Below the pieces are notes generated by a model. The model was not told the DNA's origin. It did no database searches and was given only the letters and a program-made list of their open reading frames with translations. A program made the translations under genes and the position numbers. Source: Bacteroidota bacterium (GTDB taxonomy: Bacteria; Bacteroidota; Bacteroidia; Flavobacteriales; Flavobacteriaceae). Taken from it: DNA of 49,171 nt. The DNA lies in assembly GCA_022709825.1 (NCBI GenBank), contig JAKLIC010000001.1, positions 1-49,171 of the forward strand. The letters run 5' to 3'. Positions 18,724 to 28,800 of this stretch are shown one piece after another (the first letter of the stretch is position 1; the number at the start of each line of letters is the position of its first letter).

Positions 18724-19803
18724 ATGTTAAAAATCATCGATAAATACATATTAAAAAGATACTTAGCTACTTTCGTGGTGATGTTATTGCTTTTTATTCC
18801 TATTGGGATTGTAATCGATGTAGCTGAAAAAATCAATAAAATTTTAGAGAGCAAAGTGCCTTTTAAAGCGGTAGCAATCTATTATCTCGATTTCACAATT
18901 TATTTTGCAAATCTATTATTTCCTATTTTTTTATTTTTATCTGTCATATGGTTTACTTCCAAATTGGCAAATAATACGGAAATTATAGCTATTTTAAGTT
19001 CAGGAATTTCATTTACCCGATTTTTACGACCGTATATATTGGGTGCAACAATGGTTTCAGTTTTTGCTTTAATCATGGGCTTTTTTCTTGTACCAAAAGC
19101 CAGTAAAGGGTTTAATGATTTCAGGTATACTTATTTAAAAAACAATGCTGAAATTAGAGAAAATTCAAATGTTTTCAGGCAAATTAGTGATGATGAGTTT
19201 ATCTATGTCAGTAATTTTAATTCGGTTTCAAAAACTGCCTTTAATTTTACTTTAGAAAAATTTAAAGGGGAAAAGTTGGAGTACAAAATTTTAGCCAGCA
19301 GATTGAAATGGAATGAAAAAGACAGCACATATACCATGTTTAGTTATCAAAAAAGAAAAGTTGGTATTTATGGTGACATTATTGAAAAAGCAGAGAAAAA
19401 AGACACCATTTTTAATTTTGATTTAGAAGATTTAACGCCTGTTATATATATAGCTGAAACGCTTACTTTGCCGGAGTTAAATAAATTTATTAAAAAAGAA
19501 AAAGCGCGAGGCAACGCTAATATAAATACCTATTTGGTAGTGTTGTATCGCAAATACAGTTTGCCGGTTACTGCTTTTATTTTAACTATAATTGCAGTTT
19601 CTGTTTCTTCCATGAAACGCCGTGGCGGAATGGGAGTGAACTTAGCCATCGGAATAGTTCTTGCTTTTACTTATATTTTCTTCGATAAGATTTTTGGCAC
19701 CATGGCTGAAAAGTCGAGTATTCCACCTTTTATAGCTGTTTGGTTTCCAAATTTTGTTTTTGGTATATTAGCCGTTTATTTACTGAAAAATGCCAAACGA
19801 TAA
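18724..19803 (+). CDS. LptF/LptG family LPS export permease
   Basis: IIDKYI, NTEIIAILSSGIS..R...P, 3+3 TM segments around a periplasmic domain, AVWFPN. Confidence 0.9.
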   Translation: MLKIIDKYILKRYLATFVVMLLLFIPIGIVIDVAEKINKILESKVPFKAVAIYYLDFTIYFANLLFPIFLFLSVIWFTSKLANNTEIIAILSSGISFTRFLRPYILGATMVSVFALIMGFFLVPKASKGFNDFRYTYLKNNAEIRENSNVFRQISDDEFIYVSNFNSVSKTAFNFTLEKFKGEKLEYKILASRLKWNEKDSTYTMFSYQKRKVGIYGDIIEKAEKKDTIFNFDLEDLTPVIYIAETLTLPELNKFIKKEKARGNANINTYLVVLYRKYSLPVTAFILTIIAVSVSSMKRRGGMGVNLAIGIVLAFTYIFFDKIFGTMAEKSSIPPFIAVWFPNFVFGILAVYLLKNAKR

Positions 19804-20680
19804 CCTTAAAAGTTATTTACATCTCCATTTAATTGTTTTTATTTGGGGATTTACAGCCATTCTGGGGGAATTAATCACCTTGGATGCTTTACCCTTGGTA
19901 TGGTTTAGAATGTTGTTGGCAGTTGGTTTTATAATTTTGTTCATGGCCTATAAAAAGACAAATTTTGTTGTTCCAAGAAAAACAATTTTTGGGTTTTTAC
20001 TTCTAGGATTGGTCATTGCTTTACATTGGCTCACTTTTTTTAAAGCCATTAAAGTCTCTAATGTTTCTGTCACTTTAGCGTGTTTATCAACAGGTGCTTT
20101 TTTTACCTCTTTTTTAGAACCAATTTTATACCGACGAAAAGTCATCTGGTATGAAGTTTTATTTGGACTAATTGTAGTTGGCGGATTATATATCATTTTT
20201 AATGTTGAAGGAGATTATTATTTAGGGATAATACTTGCCTTAACGTCAGCATTTTTATCGGCTCTTTTTTCTGTAATTAATGGGAAGTATGCAAAGATGT
20301 ATGATTCAACAGTTATTTCTTTTTATGAGTTAACCGGAGGTGTTTTATGTTTTTCTATCTATTTATTGTTATCCAATAGTTTTTCAAAAGATTTTTTTAT
20401 ACTTCAACCTTCAGATTGGGTTTATTTGTTGATTCTGAGTTCGATATGTACTGCATATGCTTTTATTGCATCGGTAAGAGTAATGAAGTTTATAAGTCCT
20501 TACACAGTAATGCTTACCATAAATTTAGAACCTGTTTATGGAATCATATTGGCGTTATTAATTTTTAAAGACAAAGAAAAAATGAGTTCTGAATTTTATT
20601 TTGGAGCCATTTTGATATTAATCACTGTCATTTTAAATGGAGTTATTAAATATAAACTTAGAAATAGGAATAGTTCCTAG
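19790..20680 (+). CDS. DMT/EamA family transporter
   Basis: About 10 hydrophobic segments; IWGFT, RMLLA, NLEPVY. Confidence 0.85.
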   Translation: MPNDNLKSYLHLHLIVFIWGFTAILGELITLDALPLVWFRMLLAVGFIILFMAYKKTNFVVPRKTIFGFLLLGLVIALHWLTFFKAIKVSNVSVTLACLSTGAFFTSFLEPILYRRKVIWYEVLFGLIVVGGLYIIFNVEGDYYLGIILALTSAFLSALFSVINGKYAKMYDSTVISFYELTGGVLCFSIYLLLSNSFSKDFFILQPSDWVYLLILSSICTAYAFIASVRVMKFISPYTVMLTINLEPVYGIILALLIFKDKEKMSSEFYFGAILILITVILNGVIKYKLRNRNSS

Positions 20681-20796
20681 TGATTTCAATTTCTAAACTC
20701 CTAAAAATGTTTAAAAGTTAACATTAAAAATAACTTTTCTTAATAAGATAAAATTCTATCTTTGCTTTTCAAACAAACTTAAATTTATCAAAACCT

Positions 20797-21750
20797 ATGG
20801 AATATTTAGATTTTGAACTTCCCATTAAAGAGTTGGAAGATCAATTGGACAAATGCCAAATTATTGGTGAAGAATCTAATGTTGATGTTGCCTCTACTTG
20901 CAAACAAATTGAGAAAAAATTAGAAGAAACTAAGAAAAAAATATACAAAAATCTTTCTGCTTGGCAACGGGTTCAGCTTTCCCGTCATCCAAGTCGTCCC
21001 TATACGATGGATCATGTAAGAGCTTTGTGCGGGAATACTTTTCTAGAACTTTTTGGGGATAGAAATTTTAAAGATGACAAAGCAATGATTGGTGGATTAG
21101 GAAAAATTGGTGGACAATCTTTTATGATTGTTGGTCAACAAAAAGGATTCAATACCAAAACACGTCAATTTAGAAATTTTGGAATGGCCAATCCTGAAGG
21201 GTATCGAAAAGCTCTTCGTTTGATGAAAATGGCTGAAAAATTCGGTATTCCTGTAGTTACTTTGATTGATACTCCCGGAGCTTATCCAGGTTTAGAAGCA
21301 GAAGAACGTGGACAAGGAGAAGCCATTGCTAGAAATATTCTGGAAATGATTCGATTAAAAACACCTATTATTACCGTAATTGTGGGGGAAGGAGCTTCAG
21401 GTGGAGCATTAGGAATTGGGGTAGGAGATAAGGTTTATATGTTAGAAAACACTTGGTATTCAGTCATTTCACCGGAATCTTGTTCCTCTATTTTGTGGAG
21501 AAGTTGGGAATATAAAGAACAAGCGGCTGAAGCACTTAAATTGACTTCCTATGACATGAAAAAGCAAAAGTTAATTGATGAAATTGTGCCAGAACCATTG
21601 GGCGGAGCTCATTATGACAGAGAAACTACATTTAAAACAGTAGAACAATATATTATCAAAGGATATAATGAAATAAAAGATTTATCAACAGCTGAATTGG
21701 TTGCTCAAAGGATGGACAAATACAGTAGGATGGGCGAATTTAAAGAATAA
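20797..21750 (+). CDS. accA: Acetyl-CoA carboxylase carboxyltransferase alpha subunit
   Basis: [40 protein letters not shown]. -7 TATCTTTG at 20757-20764. Confidence 0.98.
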   Translation: MEYLDFELPIKELEDQLDKCQIIGEESNVDVASTCKQIEKKLEETKKKIYKNLSAWQRVQLSRHPSRPYTMDHVRALCGNTFLELFGDRNFKDDKAMIGGLGKIGGQSFMIVGQQKGFNTKTRQFRNFGMANPEGYRKALRLMKMAEKFGIPVVTLIDTPGAYPGLEAEERGQGEAIARNILEMIRLKTPIITVIVGEGASGGALGIGVGDKVYMLENTWYSVISPESCSSILWRSWEYKEQAAEALKLTSYDMKKQKLIDEIVPEPLGGAHYDRETTFKTVEQYIIKGYNEIKDLSTAELVAQRMDKYSRMGEFKE

Positions 21751-21768
21751 TTCTTACATTATTATAGC

Positions 21769-21803
21769 AAAATCCGAAGCCTTGAAACTTCGGATTTTTT
21801 TTT
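21769..21803 (+). terminator. Intrinsic terminator after accA
   Basis: AAAATCCGAAG...CTTCGGATTTT plus T run. Confidence 0.88.
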
Positions 21804-21805
21804 GG

Positions 21806-21848
21806 TTATCAACAATAATATTTAGTTGTTAACAGTTATTTATTGACA
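21806..21848 (+). promoter_or_regulatory. Three DnaA-box-like nonamers upstream of dnaB
   Basis: TTATCAACA 21806, TTGTTAACA 21826, TTATTGACA 21840, all in the same orientation. Confidence 0.5.
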
Positions 21849-21890
21849 ACTACATAGTGCATTTTTTTATATTATAGTTACTTTAGCCTA

Positions 21891-23435
21891 ATGGAAAATT
21901 TACGAAATATTAACCCGATAAAAGTAGATAAAACTACCATTATCAATCTTGAAAAAGGGAAATTGCCACCTCAAGCATTAGACTTGGAAGAGGCCGTTTT
22001 GGGTGCGATGATGATTGATAAAAAAGGGGTTGATGAAGTGATAGATATACTGCAGCCCGACGCTTTTTATAAAGACGCTCACAAACATATTTTTGAAGCA
22101 ATCGTTCAGTTATTTACGGATACTCAACCAATTGACTTATTAACTGTTTCAGCTCAATTAAAAAAGAATGCAAAATTGGATTTGGTTGGAGGAGATTTTT
22201 ACCTCATTCAATTGACGCAGAAAATTTCTTCCTCAGCACATATTGAATTTCATTCCAGAATTATTCTTCAAAAATTTATTCAGCGAAGTTTGATTAAAAT
22301 TTCTTCTGAAATTATCGAAGAGTCGTATGATGAAACCACTGATGTATTTGATTTATTAGATAAAGCTGAATCTAAATTGTATGAAGTTACACAAGGAAAT
22401 ATTAAACGGAGTTCAGAAACGGCACAAAGTTTAGTTATTCAAGCCAAAAAACGTATCGAAGAAATAGCCAACAAAGAAGGATTGAGTGGCATAGCTACCG
22501 GTTTTGATAAATTAGACAAAGTAACTTCCGGATGGCAACCCAGTGATTTAATCATTATTGCAGCACGTCCCGGGATGGGAAAAACAGCCTTTGTGTTATC
22601 TATGGCTAGAAATATGGCTATTGATTATAATCAACCTGTTGCGGTTTTTTCTCTGGAAATGTCTTCCGTTCAGTTAATTACTCGTTTAATTTCTTCTGAA
22701 ACCGGATTGTCTTCAGAGAAATTACGTACCGGAAAACTTGAAAAACACGAGTGGGAACAATTGAGTGTGAAAGTAAAAAACCTCGAAAAAGCTCCATTAT
22801 ATATTGATGATACCCCTTCACTTTCGATTTTCGATTTGCGTGCAAAAGCCAGACGTTTATCTTCTCAACACGGTATCAAATTAATTATTGTCGATTACCT
22901 TCAATTGATGACTGCCGGAGGTGGTGGAAAAGGAGGAGGAAATCGGGAACAGGAAATTTCAACCATTTCACGTAACTTGAAAGCATTAGCCAAAGAATTA
23001 AGCGTTCCTGTGATTGCTTTGTCACAGCTTTCCCGTGCGGTTGAAACACGTGGTTCTAGCAAAAGACCGTTACTTTCCGACCTTCGTGAATCTGGTGCAA
23101 TTGAGCAAGATGCCGATATTGTGTCGTTTATTTATCGTCCGGAATATTATAAAATTGATGAATGGGATGATGATGAACACTCGCCTACAGAAGGTCAAGC
23201 GGAGTTTATAATTGCTAAACACCGAAACGGAAGTTTAGAAAATATCCGATTGAAATTCATCGGAAACCTTGGTAAATTTGATAATTTAGATGATTATTCC
23301 TCTGGCTTCAGTGATTTACCTTCTCGTATGAATGCTGAAGAAACCACTTTCATAACTAAAAACCTTCCAACTGCAAACGATGCTTTTGGTAGTAATATGA
23401 ATTCAGAAGAAGAAGATTCAGACGTACCATTTTAA
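21891..23435 (+). CDS. dnaB: Replicative DNA helicase
   Basis: PPQ...E.AVLG, AARPGMGKT, FSLEMS, VDYLQLM, LSQLSR, DLRESGAIEQDAD, AKHRNG. Confidence 0.98.
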   Translation: MENLRNINPIKVDKTTIINLEKGKLPPQALDLEEAVLGAMMIDKKGVDEVIDILQPDAFYKDAHKHIFEAIVQLFTDTQPIDLLTVSAQLKKNAKLDLVGGDFYLIQLTQKISSSAHIEFHSRIILQKFIQRSLIKISSEIIEESYDETTDVFDLLDKAESKLYEVTQGNIKRSSETAQSLVIQAKKRIEEIANKEGLSGIATGFDKLDKVTSGWQPSDLIIIAARPGMGKTAFVLSMARNMAIDYNQPVAVFSLEMSSVQLITRLISSETGLSSEKLRTGKLEKHEWEQLSVKVKNLEKAPLYIDDTPSLSIFDLRAKARRLSSQHGIKLIIVDYLQLMTAGGGGKGGGNREQEISTISRNLKALAKELSVPVIALSQLSRAVETRGSSKRPLLSDLRESGAIEQDADIVSFIYRPEYYKIDEWDDDEHSPTEGQAEFIIAKHRNGSLENIRLKFIGNLGKFDNLDDYSSGFSDLPSRMNAEETTFITKNLPTANDAFGSNMNSEEEDSDVPF

Positions 23436-23442
23436 AATTTAG

Positions 23443-23502
23443 TATTAACCATATTTGTCAAATAAGATTTATTGATTGCTTGTTTGACTAATATGGTTAA
23501 TA
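23443..23502 (+). terminator. Long imperfect hairpin after dnaB
   Basis: TATTAACCATATTtGTCAAATAAG ... CTTGTTTGACtAATATGGTTAATA, then ATTTTTT. Confidence 0.6.
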
Positions 23503-23570
23503 ATTTTTTATCATTTTCTTCACACAAAATCGTTTATCTTTGGCTTAACAACTTATTTTGATGATCTAAA

Positions 23571-24842
23571 ATGTTGAAGACTTTGAAAAAATCGATTCTA
23601 TATTGTTTACTCTTTTTATTTTCCTTTTCGGTAAAAGCCAGTTTCATTCTTATACCGATGGACGAAGCTACTCAGCAAAACCATTTAAAAGCATATGGAA
23701 TTACTTATTGGGCATTAGAAAAAGATTTCAAGGCCAGTTGGTTGCTCAATTATCGAGGAGGTTCTTTTTTGCTTCCTGATGCAGCAGAAATAAGGAAAGA
23801 ATGTCAAATTCGTGGCGTTAGTTTTGAAATTCTTTCTGATGGACAAGCAAATCAAATTTTAGATGAAATCAGTAGTCCATCGCAAAATATGGAATCGGTT
23901 GTTTTGGAAAAAGCACCTAAAATTGCAGTTTATACCCCAAAAGGGAAACAACCTTGGGATGATGCTGTAACGTTGGTTTTAACGTATGCCGAAATTCCGT
24001 TTAAAGCCGTTTATGATGAAGAAGTTTTAACGGATCAACTACTCTTGTATGATTGGTTGCATTTGCATCATGAAGATTTTTCAGGGCAATACGGTAAATT
24101 TTTCGGAGCCTATCGAAATGCACCTTGGTATATTGAACAGAAAAAAGAAGCGGAAGCCTTAGCTACAAAATTAGGATATTCTAAAGTTTCTGAAGAGAAA
24201 TTAGCTGTGGCCAAAAAAATAAGAGATTTTGTGATTGGAGGTGGTTTTATGTTTGCGATGTGTTCTGCAACAGATAGTTTTGATATTGCCTTGTCATCTG
24301 AAGGGGTTGATATTTGTGAGCCTATGTTTGATGGTGATGAAAGTGAGGCCAACTATCAATCTAAAATTGATTATTCTAGAACTTTCGCTTTTAAAGATTA
24401 TATTTTAGAAAGATCGCCAACCGTGTATGAGTTTTCGGATATTGATATGACTACCAAACGCAAAATGCCGATGGAAAAGGATTATTTTACTTTGATGGAA
24501 TATTCTGCAAAATGGGATCCAATTCCTAGTATGTTGTGTCAAAATCATACACAATTAGTCAAAGGTTTTATGGGTCAAACCACTGCTTTTGATAGTGAAC
24601 GAATTAAATCACATGTGTTGGTCATGGGAGAAAATAGATTTAATGGTGAAGCTCGTTATATACACGGAACAAAAGGAAAAGGAATGTTTACCTATTTTGG
24701 CGGACATGACCCGGAAGATTATCAGCATTTGGTTGGCGATGCCCCTACTGTATTAGATTTACATCCGAATTCACCGGGATATCGATTGATTTTAAATAAT
24801 GTACTGTTTCCTGCCGCTAAGAAAAAGAAACAGAAAACATAA
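23571..24842 (+). CDS. Conserved exported Bacteroidetes protein, class-I glutamine amidotransferase-like fold suspected
   Basis: Signal peptide ending VKA; KIAVY, DWLHLHHEDF, FVIGGG.MFAMCSA, GGHDPED. -7 TATCTTTG at 23535-23542. CDS is solid; function uncertain. Confidence 0.6.
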   Translation: MLKTLKKSILYCLLFLFSFSVKASFILIPMDEATQQNHLKAYGITYWALEKDFKASWLLNYRGGSFLLPDAAEIRKECQIRGVSFEILSDGQANQILDEISSPSQNMESVVLEKAPKIAVYTPKGKQPWDDAVTLVLTYAEIPFKAVYDEEVLTDQLLLYDWLHLHHEDFSGQYGKFFGAYRNAPWYIEQKKEAEALATKLGYSKVSEEKLAVAKKIRDFVIGGGFMFAMCSATDSFDIALSSEGVDICEPMFDGDESEANYQSKIDYSRTFAFKDYILERSPTVYEFSDIDMTTKRKMPMEKDYFTLMEYSAKWDPIPSMLCQNHTQLVKGFMGQTTAFDSERIKSHVLVMGENRFNGEARYIHGTKGKGMFTYFGGHDPEDYQHLVGDAPTVLDLHPNSPGYRLILNNVLFPAAKKKKQKT

Positions 24843-24877
24843 TGAAAACTTATACTATAATATTATCATAACTAAAT

Positions 24878-24910
24878 AACCGAAAGTGATTTCTTCTTTC
24901 GGTTTTTTTT
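24878..24910 (+). terminator. Intrinsic terminator
   Basis: AACCGAAAG-N9-CTTTCGGTT plus T run. Confidence 0.8.
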
Positions 24911-24925
24911 AATTCTTTATTGATT

Positions 24926-27550
24926 TTAACTCAAGTTCTCTTCATTTTCCTTATCTAAATATTCCTGAACAATACCAATAGCATTGGTAACCACATCACT
25001 TAAGGCAGTGATAAAAGTGCCTTCATCTGCAATATTGATGGCATGTTTGATCGCTTCAATTTCTTTTGGAATAATTTCGTAGGTAACTTCTCTATTTGCC
25101 AATTGAATTCCTTCTAAAATCAAATCAATAATTTCTTGTTCAGTTCGACCTCTTAAATGTTTTTCTTGTCGGATAATGATATGGTCAAACATTCGAGCCG
25201 CAATTTCAGCACAATCCCGAATATCTTCATCTCTTCTGTCGCCAACACCGGCAATAATTCCGATTTTTCGGGTAGCATCAATGTTACTCAACAAATCTTC
25301 AATGGCAGAATATCCGGCCGGATTGTGAGCAAAATCAATCATGACTTTGAATCGTTTAAATTCAAAAATGTTCATTCGACCAGGAGTTTGAGCTACACTC
25401 GGAATAAAAGTTTGTAAAGATAAACTAATGTCATCTGTTTTAAAACCATATAAATAACTAGCTAGTGTGGCTGCTAAAACATTTTGAATCATGAATTTTG
25501 CTTTTCCGCCTAAAGTCAATGGAATATGTAATACTTTTTCAATTCTAATTTTCCAATCTCCTTTTTTGATAGTCACAAAACCATTTTCATAAACAGCAAC
25601 AATTTTACCTTCTTTACTTAATTTTTTAGCTACCGGATTTTCTTCATCCATAGAGAAATAAGCAATGTTGCAATTCAAATCGTTGGCAATTTTCATGCAC
25701 TGATCGTCTTCGGCATTTAAAATGGCCCAACCGTCTTTTTTCACACTTCGAACAACTACACTTTTCACACGAGCCAAATCGTCTAGCGTATCAATGTCAT
25801 TTAATCCCAAATGGTCTTCGCGAATGTTTGTTATAATTGCAATGTCACATCGGCTAAAGCCTAAACCAGCTCTTAAAATTCCACCTCGAGCAGTTTCTAA
25901 AACGGCAAATTCTACGGTTGGATCTTTCAAAATATATTCGGCACTCAAAGGTCCGGTTGTGTCACCTTTTTCCAACATGTGATTTTGAATATAAATTCCA
26001 TCTGAAGTGGTGAAACCTACTCGGAAGCCATTATTTTTAACAATATGGGCTAACAATCGGGTAGTCGTTGTTTTTCCGTTTGTTCCGGTAACGGCAATAA
26101 TTGGAATACGACTTGGTTTTCCTGGTGGATAAAGCATGTCAATTACCGGAGCAGCTACGTTTCTGGCCAATCCTTCAGAGGGGTCTAAATGCATTCTGAA
26201 ACCTGGGGCTGCATTTACTTCTAAAATAACTCCGCCATTTTCTTTTAAAGGTTGGGTCAAATTTTCAGCCATTATATCAATTCCGCACACATCTAAACCA
26301 ATTACACGTGAAATACGTTCAGCTAAAAAGATATTTTCAGGATGCATCATATCTGTTACATCTACTGAAGTTCCACCGGTGCTTAAATTAGCTGTTGATT
26401 TTAAATAAACCGTTTCTCCATTATTTGGTAAGGTTTCTAATGTGTAACCCATTTTTTCCAATAAATCAGTTGTATCTCGGTCTACAGTGATTTCAGTTAA
26501 TACATTTTCATGTCCATAACCTCTTTTTGGGTCGAGGTTGGTAATGTCAATCAACTCCTGAATAGTGTTTTTTCCATTGCCAACTACGTGTGCAGGAACT
26601 CTTTTGGCGGCAGCAACCAATTTATTATCTATGACTAAAACCCGAAAATCAAATCCGGTAATAAATTTTTCAACAATTACTCGACGGCTATATTTTTTGG
26701 CGTGTTCTAAACCTTCTTTGGCATCTTCCCAAGTTACCACATTAATGGAAGCCCCTTTCCCATGATTACCATCTAATGGTTTTATAACAATAGGATAACC
26801 AATTTTTTTAATAGTAAGTTCTAAATCTTCTTCATCTACACAAATTGAACCACTTGCCACCGGAATGGAAGCCAATTCTAACATTCTCTTGGTTTCTTCT
26901 TTATTACAAGCAATATCAACAGCAATGTTACTAGTTTTACAAGTAATTGTAGCTTGAAAACGCATTTGATTAACTCCGTAACCTAATTGTACTAAGGAGT
27001 TTGTTCCCAATCGAATCCAAGGAATATCTCTCGAAACGGCTTCTTCGACAATGCTTCCGGTAGAAGGTCCAAGACGAACACGTTCCCGAATTTCTTTCAT
27101 TTTTTTGATGTCCGCTTCTAAATCATAATCCGTACCGGCAATTAAAGCTTCGGCTATCCTTACTGAACTTTCAGCGGCAAACATTCCGACGTTTTCTTCC
27201 GTGTAACTAAAAACGACATTATAAACTCCAGGGGTTTTGGTCTCTCTTGTTCTTCCAAAACCGGTTTCCATTCCGGCAAGGGTTTGAATTTCTAAAGCTA
27301 TGTGTTCGATAACATGTCCCATCCAAGTTCCTTTTTCAATACGCATAAAAAAACCACCTCGGACACCTTCTGAACAGCGGTGTTCTATCATGGCCGGAAA
27401 CATAGCTTCCAATCTTTCTCTAAAACCGTCAATTTTATTGGTTGGATTTTGCTCCATTTCTTCTAAATCCAAACGCATTTGAATTAATTTTTTGCGTTGA
27501 ATACTCCATAAATTTGGACCGCGAAGTGCTTGTACTTTTAATATTTTCAT
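24926..27550 (-). CDS. cphA: Cyanophycin synthetase (CphA1)
   Basis: 874 aa; LRGPN.WS, GHVIEHIALE, LGPST..IV..A, ATP-grasp KPLDGNHGKG / EVNAAPGFRMH, Mur-ligase TGTNGKTT and ETARGG. Confidence 0.97.
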   Translation of the reverse strand: MKILKVQALRGPNLWSIQRKKLIQMRLDLEEMEQNPTNKIDGFRERLEAMFPAMIEHRCSEGVRGGFFMRIEKGTWMGHVIEHIALEIQTLAGMETGFGRTRETKTPGVYNVVFSYTEENVGMFAAESSVRIAEALIAGTDYDLEADIKKMKEIRERVRLGPSTGSIVEEAVSRDIPWIRLGTNSLVQLGYGVNQMRFQATITCKTSNIAVDIACNKEETKRMLELASIPVASGSICVDEEDLELTIKKIGYPIVIKPLDGNHGKGASINVVTWEDAKEGLEHAKKYSRRVIVEKFITGFDFRVLVIDNKLVAAAKRVPAHVVGNGKNTIQELIDITNLDPKRGYGHENVLTEITVDRDTTDLLEKMGYTLETLPNNGETVYLKSTANLSTGGTSVDVTDMMHPENIFLAERISRVIGLDVCGIDIMAENLTQPLKENGGVILEVNAAPGFRMHLDPSEGLARNVAAPVIDMLYPPGKPSRIPIIAVTGTNGKTTTTRLLAHIVKNNGFRVGFTTSDGIYIQNHMLEKGDTTGPLSAEYILKDPTVEFAVLETARGGILRAGLGFSRCDIAIITNIREDHLGLNDIDTLDDLARVKSVVVRSVKKDGWAILNAEDDQCMKIANDLNCNIAYFSMDEENPVAKKLSKEGKIVAVYENGFVTIKKGDWKIRIEKVLHIPLTLGGKAKFMIQNVLAATLASYLYGFKTDDISLSLQTFIPSVAQTPGRMNIFEFKRFKVMIDFAHNPAGYSAIEDLLSNIDATRKIGIIAGVGDRRDEDIRDCAEIAARMFDHIIIRQEKHLRGRTEQEIIDLILEGIQLANREVTYEIIPKEIEAIKHAINIADEGTFITALSDVVTNAIGIVQEYLDKENEENLS

Positions 27551-27836
27551 AAAACTTGAAATTGATTGGAAAAATTAGTTTTTGTTTTGTGAATGATTTT
27601 GTTAAAAATAAGAAATATTTACTTTGCTACTGTATTTTTTTTGCATATTATGCCAAAATTTTTTGAATTGATATGGAAAATACACATTGAGTTTTTAAGT
27701 GAGTTATTATTTACTTCATAAATAAGGGATTAAGTAAATTTTTCTGTTATTTACTATAGTTTGATTGTCGTGTTTAATTTACCTTAAAATAACTCAAAAA
27801 TATTGCTGCCTATATAGATTTTACTATTTTTACAAA

Positions 27837-28709
27837 ATGAATAGCAGAGGAAAATTAATTATCATTGGTGGAGCTGTTGATAAAGGCAGTTTTACTGAAT
27901 CGAGTTTTGATCAGGATGTTTCTAAAAACATGAATTTCTTTGAAAAAGGAATTTTAAAACGAATCATAGACGAATCAAAATATAAAGAAAAATCAAGAAT
28001 TGAAATCATCACAACAGCTTCAAAGATTCCGAGAGAAGTTGGTCCGGAATATGCCAAAGCATTTCAATATTTAAATGCAACCAACGTTGATGTTTTGCAC
28101 ATTGAACGTCGTGAACAAGCTAGTGAGCAAGAAAATATAGACCGTTTAAAAGCAGCTGACATTGTTATGTTTACCGGTGGGGACCAATTGCGATTATCAT
28201 CCATTTTGGGAGGCACAAAGTTTCACGATATTTTATTGGATAAATATAAAAATGAACTTTTTATTTATGCCGGAACTTCGGCAGGAGCAGCAGCAGCCTC
28301 TAATAATATGATATATCAGGGAAGTAGTCATGAAGCACTTTTAAAAGGAGAAGTAAAAATCACCAGTGGTTTAGGGTTAATTGATGATGTGATTATTGAT
28401 ACACATTTTGTGCAAAGAGGTCGCATTGGACGTTTATTTCAAGCGGTTGTTGGAAACCCAAAAGTGTTAGGAATAGGCTTAGGAGAAGACACCGGACTTT
28501 TGATTACACACAATTCTAAAATGGAAGCCATAGGTTCTGGATTAGTTATTTTAGTTGATGGGCGAGAAATTAAAGATACTAATTTAACACAGGTAGAATT
28601 AGGTCAGCCAATTTCAATTAATCATTTAGTTACGCATGTCATGAGTATGCACGATACATTTGATTTAGAAACCTACAAAATGCACATTCATTCGTCACAA
28701 TACGTATGA
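27837..28709 (+). CDS. cphB: Cyanophycinase
   Basis: LIIIGGA, FTGGDQLRL, AGTSAGA (Ser), IDTHF.QRGRIGRL (His), GLGEDT (Glu). Start ATG 27837. Confidence 0.95.
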   Translation: MNSRGKLIIIGGAVDKGSFTESSFDQDVSKNMNFFEKGILKRIIDESKYKEKSRIEIITTASKIPREVGPEYAKAFQYLNATNVDVLHIERREQASEQENIDRLKAADIVMFTGGDQLRLSSILGGTKFHDILLDKYKNELFIYAGTSAGAAAASNNMIYQGSSHEALLKGEVKITSGLGLIDDVIIDTHFVQRGRIGRLFQAVVGNPKVLGIGLGEDTGLLITHNSKMEAIGSGLVILVDGREIKDTNLTQVELGQPISINHLVTHVMSMHDTFDLETYKMHIHSSQYV

Positions 28710-28730
28710 ATTTAATTTTGAAATATTTTT

Positions 28731-28789
28731 GGAACACAGATTAGAGAAATTATATAAATTTTAAATTTCTCTAAACTGTGTCCCTTTTT
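28731..28789 (+). terminator. Long intercistronic hairpin followed by T5
   Basis: GGAACACAG-A-TTAGAGAAATT...AATTTCTCTAA-A-CTGTGTCCC-TTTTT. Confidence 0.55.
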
Positions 28790-28800
28790 AATTTACAGTT

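Noticed and set aside
20707..20725. AATGTTTAAAAGTTAACATT dyad upstream of accA
   Set aside because: Short, imperfect and AT-rich; no supporting second copy.
23571..24842. Calling this gene asnB
   Set aside because: No Ntn N-terminal Cys or ATP-pyrophosphatase motif, and it has a signal peptide.
27643..27656. Minus-strand TGGCATAATATGCA as a sigma54 promoter for cphA
   Set aside because: GG-to-GC offset is 10, not the required 12.
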